From contig CAZLZO010000005.1 of NCBI GenBank assembly GCA_964564025.1, positions 712 to 64,711 on the forward strand: a DNA stretch of 64,000 nt, written 5' to 3'. The notes under the pieces are model-generated. The model searched no databases. It was not told the origin of the DNA and saw nothing but the letters and a program-made list of their open reading frames with translations. Both the position numbers and the translations under genes were made by a program. This DNA comes from an uncultured Desulfurococcales archaeon (GTDB lineage: Archaea > Thermoproteota > Thermoprotei_A > EX4484-217-1). This document shows positions 61,345 to 64,000 of this stretch, piece after piece; within the stretch, counting starts at the first letter, position 1, and each line of letters begins with the position of its first letter.

Positions 61345-62175
61345 TTGAAAATGGAAAAGTATAGTGTAAAATATAGCATTCCGTTCCTCGGAACAATAAT
61401 CTACAGGCGAAGAAATCCCATAATAGCTGCTATAACTGACAGAGAAGTTGTTTTTGAAGTATCTGTTTCAAAACTTCCTGGAGAGAAAAATATTTTTAAG
61501 ATTAAAGGAGTTACTTTTGAAAAAATTTTAAAACATTTCCTTAACGAATATCTTCAAGGCATTGGAGAAGTCGGAGTTAATGTAGAAATTAATGTTCTAT
61601 CAAATCCGGGACTCATTGAAATTTCTACATACGCTTCCTTAAGTGGAGTACTGATGAGAATTCTTGGAGAAAAACTAGGGTATAGTGTAGACTTTGATGA
61701 TATAATTCGCTATTCGCCTCTACTTGAATGTGAGGAAACATTAAACTATCTTCCAATAATTATGGCTTTAAGAGTGTCTTCCCTTCAAGGGTTAAGCGTA
61801 ATTTATAGGTTAAGTGAGGGCTATGTTAAGTTACCTTCAAAAACACCTATAGACATATATGTTGTAGCCATAGAGTCCCCACTTACTTCGAGAAATATAG
61901 AGTACAGTGAGTTTAAAGACTACTTTGTCCATTTAGAGGGCAGGAATGTTATAGAGGCTGCTAGAGCAATTCGGGAAAACAAAGTACCATATGAGAACAT
62001 AGTTTTTGAAGAAGCTATGCAACATGTTTTCTATAGATTAGAGGATGAAATCGATCTTAACATATACTATAGAGGGAAGTGTGTAGCGTTTCCCGACTTA
62101 AACTATAAGACTGTGCTTGTATGTTTTAAAAAACCTGAAACAGAGTTTAAGGGTAAGTTGAAGACTTTTGTTTAA
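61345..62175 (+). CDS. GHMP-kinase-like protein (276 aa) lacking a canonical Gly-rich ATP loop. It may be a divergent mevalonate-pathway enzyme.
   Basis: It lies immediately upstream of ipk. It has an N-terminal ...P(F)LG...NPIIAAI pattern and a NPGLIEISTYASLSGV region where GHMP motif II would lie. Confidence 0.3.
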   Translation: MKMEKYSVKYSIPFLGTIIYRRRNPIIAAITDREVVFEVSVSKLPGEKNIFKIKGVTFEKILKHFLNEYLQGIGEVGVNVEINVLSNPGLIEISTYASLSGVLMRILGEKLGYSVDFDDIIRYSPLLECEETLNYLPIIMALRVSSLQGLSVIYRLSEGYVKLPSKTPIDIYVVAIESPLTSRNIEYSEFKDYFVHLEGRNVIEAARAIRENKVPYENIVFEEAMQHVFYRLEDEIDLNIYYRGKCVAFPDLNYKTVLVCFKKPETEFKGKLKTFV

Positions 62176-62193
62176 AATTTATGTTGAGGGTCC

Positions 62194-62991
62194 GTGTTGT
62201 TAATCGTAATTAAAATAGGTGGAAGTGTAATCACAGATAAGAGGAAGCCTTTTAAGATAAGAAAGAATGTAGTCAGAAGATTAGCTAGAGAGTTAAAGGA
62301 AGCATTACATAGTGATAGTAGGTTAAAAGTAATCATAGTTCATGGTGGGGGTTCTTTTGGACATTATGTTGCGTTAAAACATTTAGGCAGAGGTAAAATT
62401 TCTTCTCAAGGATTCATTGAAATTCACGAGGCAATGGTTCGGTTAAATACGTTCTTTATTAGGGAGCTTAGAAGAGAGGGTGTTTTAGCGGAAACCGTAC
62501 ATACATCATCCGCCGTTATTTTAAAAAACGGGGAAATTTTCGAAGCTAACATTAAAGCAGTAAGTGGCTTCCTTGAGAATAGGATAGTTCCCGTTCTATA
62601 TGGTGATGTTGTTTACGATTTGGTTAAAGGTTTTACTATAGTGTCAGGAGACACATTAGCAGCGTTTTTAGCTGAAAAATTAAAAGCTAGCCTCATAGCT
62701 TACGTAACAAATGTCAATGGAATTTACAGAACATACCCTCCAAAACATGGACTAAATGACCTCATACCTCAAATTAATTTAAGAACCTATAATTTAAGCG
62801 GTAAAATGTTTAAACATGTAGGGTACGATGTAACTGGAGGTATGGCTTTTAAACTATTAGAACTTAAAAAATACATAAGCTGCAAACATCCTATAAAAGC
62901 AGTAATATTTAATGGTTTGAAAAAGGGCTTCCTAAAGAATATTCTCTTAGGTAAAAAGGTTAAAGTGAAAACAGAAATTAAGGTGTGTTGA
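62194..62991 (+). CDS. ipk: Isopentenyl phosphate kinase (amino-acid-kinase family)
   Basis: A 265-aa protein with IKIGGSVITDK...IIVHGGGSFGHY. Confidence 0.85.
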   Translation: MLLIVIKIGGSVITDKRKPFKIRKNVVRRLARELKEALHSDSRLKVIIVHGGGSFGHYVALKHLGRGKISSQGFIEIHEAMVRLNTFFIRELRREGVLAETVHTSSAVILKNGEIFEANIKAVSGFLENRIVPVLYGDVVYDLVKGFTIVSGDTLAAFLAEKLKASLIAYVTNVNGIYRTYPPKHGLNDLIPQINLRTYNLSGKMFKHVGYDVTGGMAFKLLELKKYISCKHPIKAVIFNGLKKGFLKNILLGKKVKVKTEIKVC

Positions 62992-63001
62992 ACTGGATAA
63001 A

Positions 63002-64000
63002 GTGGATGAAATAAAATTTAGGAAAATAGAGCACATAGACATTTGCTTAAACGAATATGTTGAGTCAAGGGTTTCTCCAGGCTTTTCCGACGTACATTTT
63101 GTGCATTTTTCACTTCCAGAAGTCAACTATGCTGAAGTCTCACTTAAGACACGTTTTCTAGGAAAGCAGCTTAAAGCGCCGCTCATAATAACTGGTATGA
63201 CTGGGGGTCATCCGGAAACATATGAGATAAATAAAGTGTTAGCGGAAGTTGCTGAGAAACTTGGATTGGGTTTAGGTGTAGGGTCTCAAAGAGCTGCTTT
63301 AGAGAATCCGAAATTGGAATATACATTTTCTGTTGTTAAAGAATATGCGCCGACAATTCTTAAAATAGCTAACATAGGTTTCGTTCAAGCTAAAAGATAC
63401 AGTATTGATAAGATTCTTAAGGCTATAGAAATGATAGATGCTGACGCCTTAGCAATACACTTAAACCCTCTTCAAGAGTGTGTGCAAATAGAAGGTGATA
63501 GAGATTTCAAAGGGATACTGAAAAGAATAGCTAAAATATCAAAGGAGCTACCGGTTCCCGTTATTGTTAAAGAAACAGGTGCCGGAATTTCATATGAGGT
63601 AGCTAAGGAAATAGCTGAGGAGACAGAGGTTAGAGCAATAGATGTTTCAGGTCTAGGAGGTACAAGCTGGTCAGCTGTTGAAATGTATAGGGCTAGGAGA
63701 AGGGGGAATAGGTTTAGAGAAAACATAGCCAAAACATTTTGGGATTGGGGAATTCCAACGACAGTTTCAATAGTGGAAGTTAGGTTTGCATCTACTCGCT
63801 TTGAAATAATAGGTAGCGGTGGAGTAAGGTCAGGTATAGATGCAGCTAAGGCGTTAGCGTTAGGGGCTAATGTTGCCGGAATAGCTTTACCTGCATTAAA
63901 AGCCACTGTTAAGGGATCTAAGAAGCTTGAAGAGTTTCTTAAGGTATTTATTGAGGAAATACGTGTAGCTATGGTTTTAACAGGTTCTCGAAGCATTGAA
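63002..64000 (+). CDS. fni: Type 2 isopentenyl-diphosphate delta-isomerase (FMN-dependent IDI-2), 3'-truncated by the window end
   Basis: The translation RKIEHIDICL...APLIITGMTGG...GVGSQRAAL matches IDI-2. The GTG start at 63002 is tentative. The minus-strand ORF at 63472-63996 is spurious. Confidence 0.8.
   Translation, partial: MDEIKFRKIEHIDICLNEYVESRVSPGFSDVHFVHFSLPEVNYAEVSLKTRFLGKQLKAPLIITGMTGGHPETYEINKVLAEVAEKLGLGLGVGSQRAALENPKLEYTFSVVKEYAPTILKIANIGFVQAKRYSIDKILKAIEMIDADALAIHLNPLQECVQIEGDRDFKGILKRIAKISKELPVPVIVKETGAGISYEVAKEIAEETEVRAIDVSGLGGTSWSAVEMYRARRRGNRFRENIAKTFWDWGIPTTVSIVEVRFASTRFEIIGSGGVRSGIDAAKALALGANVAGIALPALKATVKGSKKLEEFLKVFIEEIRVAMVLTGSRSIE

Noticed and set aside
63472-63996. 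A 174-aa minus-strand ORF
   Set aside because: It is antisense to the well-conserved IDI-2 (fni) reading frame, so it is spurious.
1-64000. CRISPR arrays, IS elements and transposases
   Set aside because: No regularly spaced direct repeats or transposase-like ORFs were seen anywhere in the window.

Overview
This is an AT-rich archaeal chromosomal segment, roughly 38% GC by eye. The single clear tRNA is very GC-rich, which fits a (hyper)thermophile. It is almost entirely core housekeeping DNA.

- **A/V-type ATP synthase operon (minus strand):** atpH-I-K-E-C-F-A-B-D. The atpA gene is interrupted by a 529-aa LAGLIDADG intein at the P-loop. A conserved hypothetical gene, a micro-ORF and a partial AAA+ ATPase lie downstream.
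- **Scattered metabolic and replication genes:** feoA, trxB, a duplicated MgtE-type transporter, a class-Ia aaRS with a degenerate HIGH motif, an M29 aminopeptidase, adenine deaminase, argG-argH, a wHTH/PD-(D/E)xK nuclease-fold gene immediately upstream of PCNA, and ileS.
- **Large ribosomal-protein 'S10/spc/alpha' block (30.5-46.7 kb):** L3-L4-L23 | L22-S3-L29-Rpp29-S17-L14-L24-S4e-L5-S14-S8-L6-L32e-L19e-L18-S5-L30-L15-SecY-Adk-L34e-Cmk-L14e-Cbf5. L2 and S19 are missing between L23 and L22, and an unknown 100-aa ORF sits there instead. The cbf5 gene is split by a 41-nt GC-rich intron of the bulge-helix-bulge (BHB) type, in the way known for crenarchaeal cbf5 pre-mRNA introns.
- **tRNA-Ser(UGA)** next to two SAM-methyltransferase genes.
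- **Sugar-uptake and amino-sugar locus:** a CUT1 sugar ABC transporter plus a double-SIS GlmD/AgaS-like deaminase and a GatZ/KbaZ-family protein. This is a putative amino-sugar / tagatose-6-P catabolic locus.
- **S13-S4-S11-RpoD-L18e-L13-S9-RpoN-S2 cluster**, without rpoK or eno.
- **Start of a mevalonate-pathway cluster:** a MEMO-like gene, a GHMP-like gene lacking the Gly-rich loop, IPK, and partial IDI-2.

I found no CRISPR array, IS element or obvious integrated element. The accessory-like content is limited to the sugar locus and a handful of small or hypothetical ORFs.
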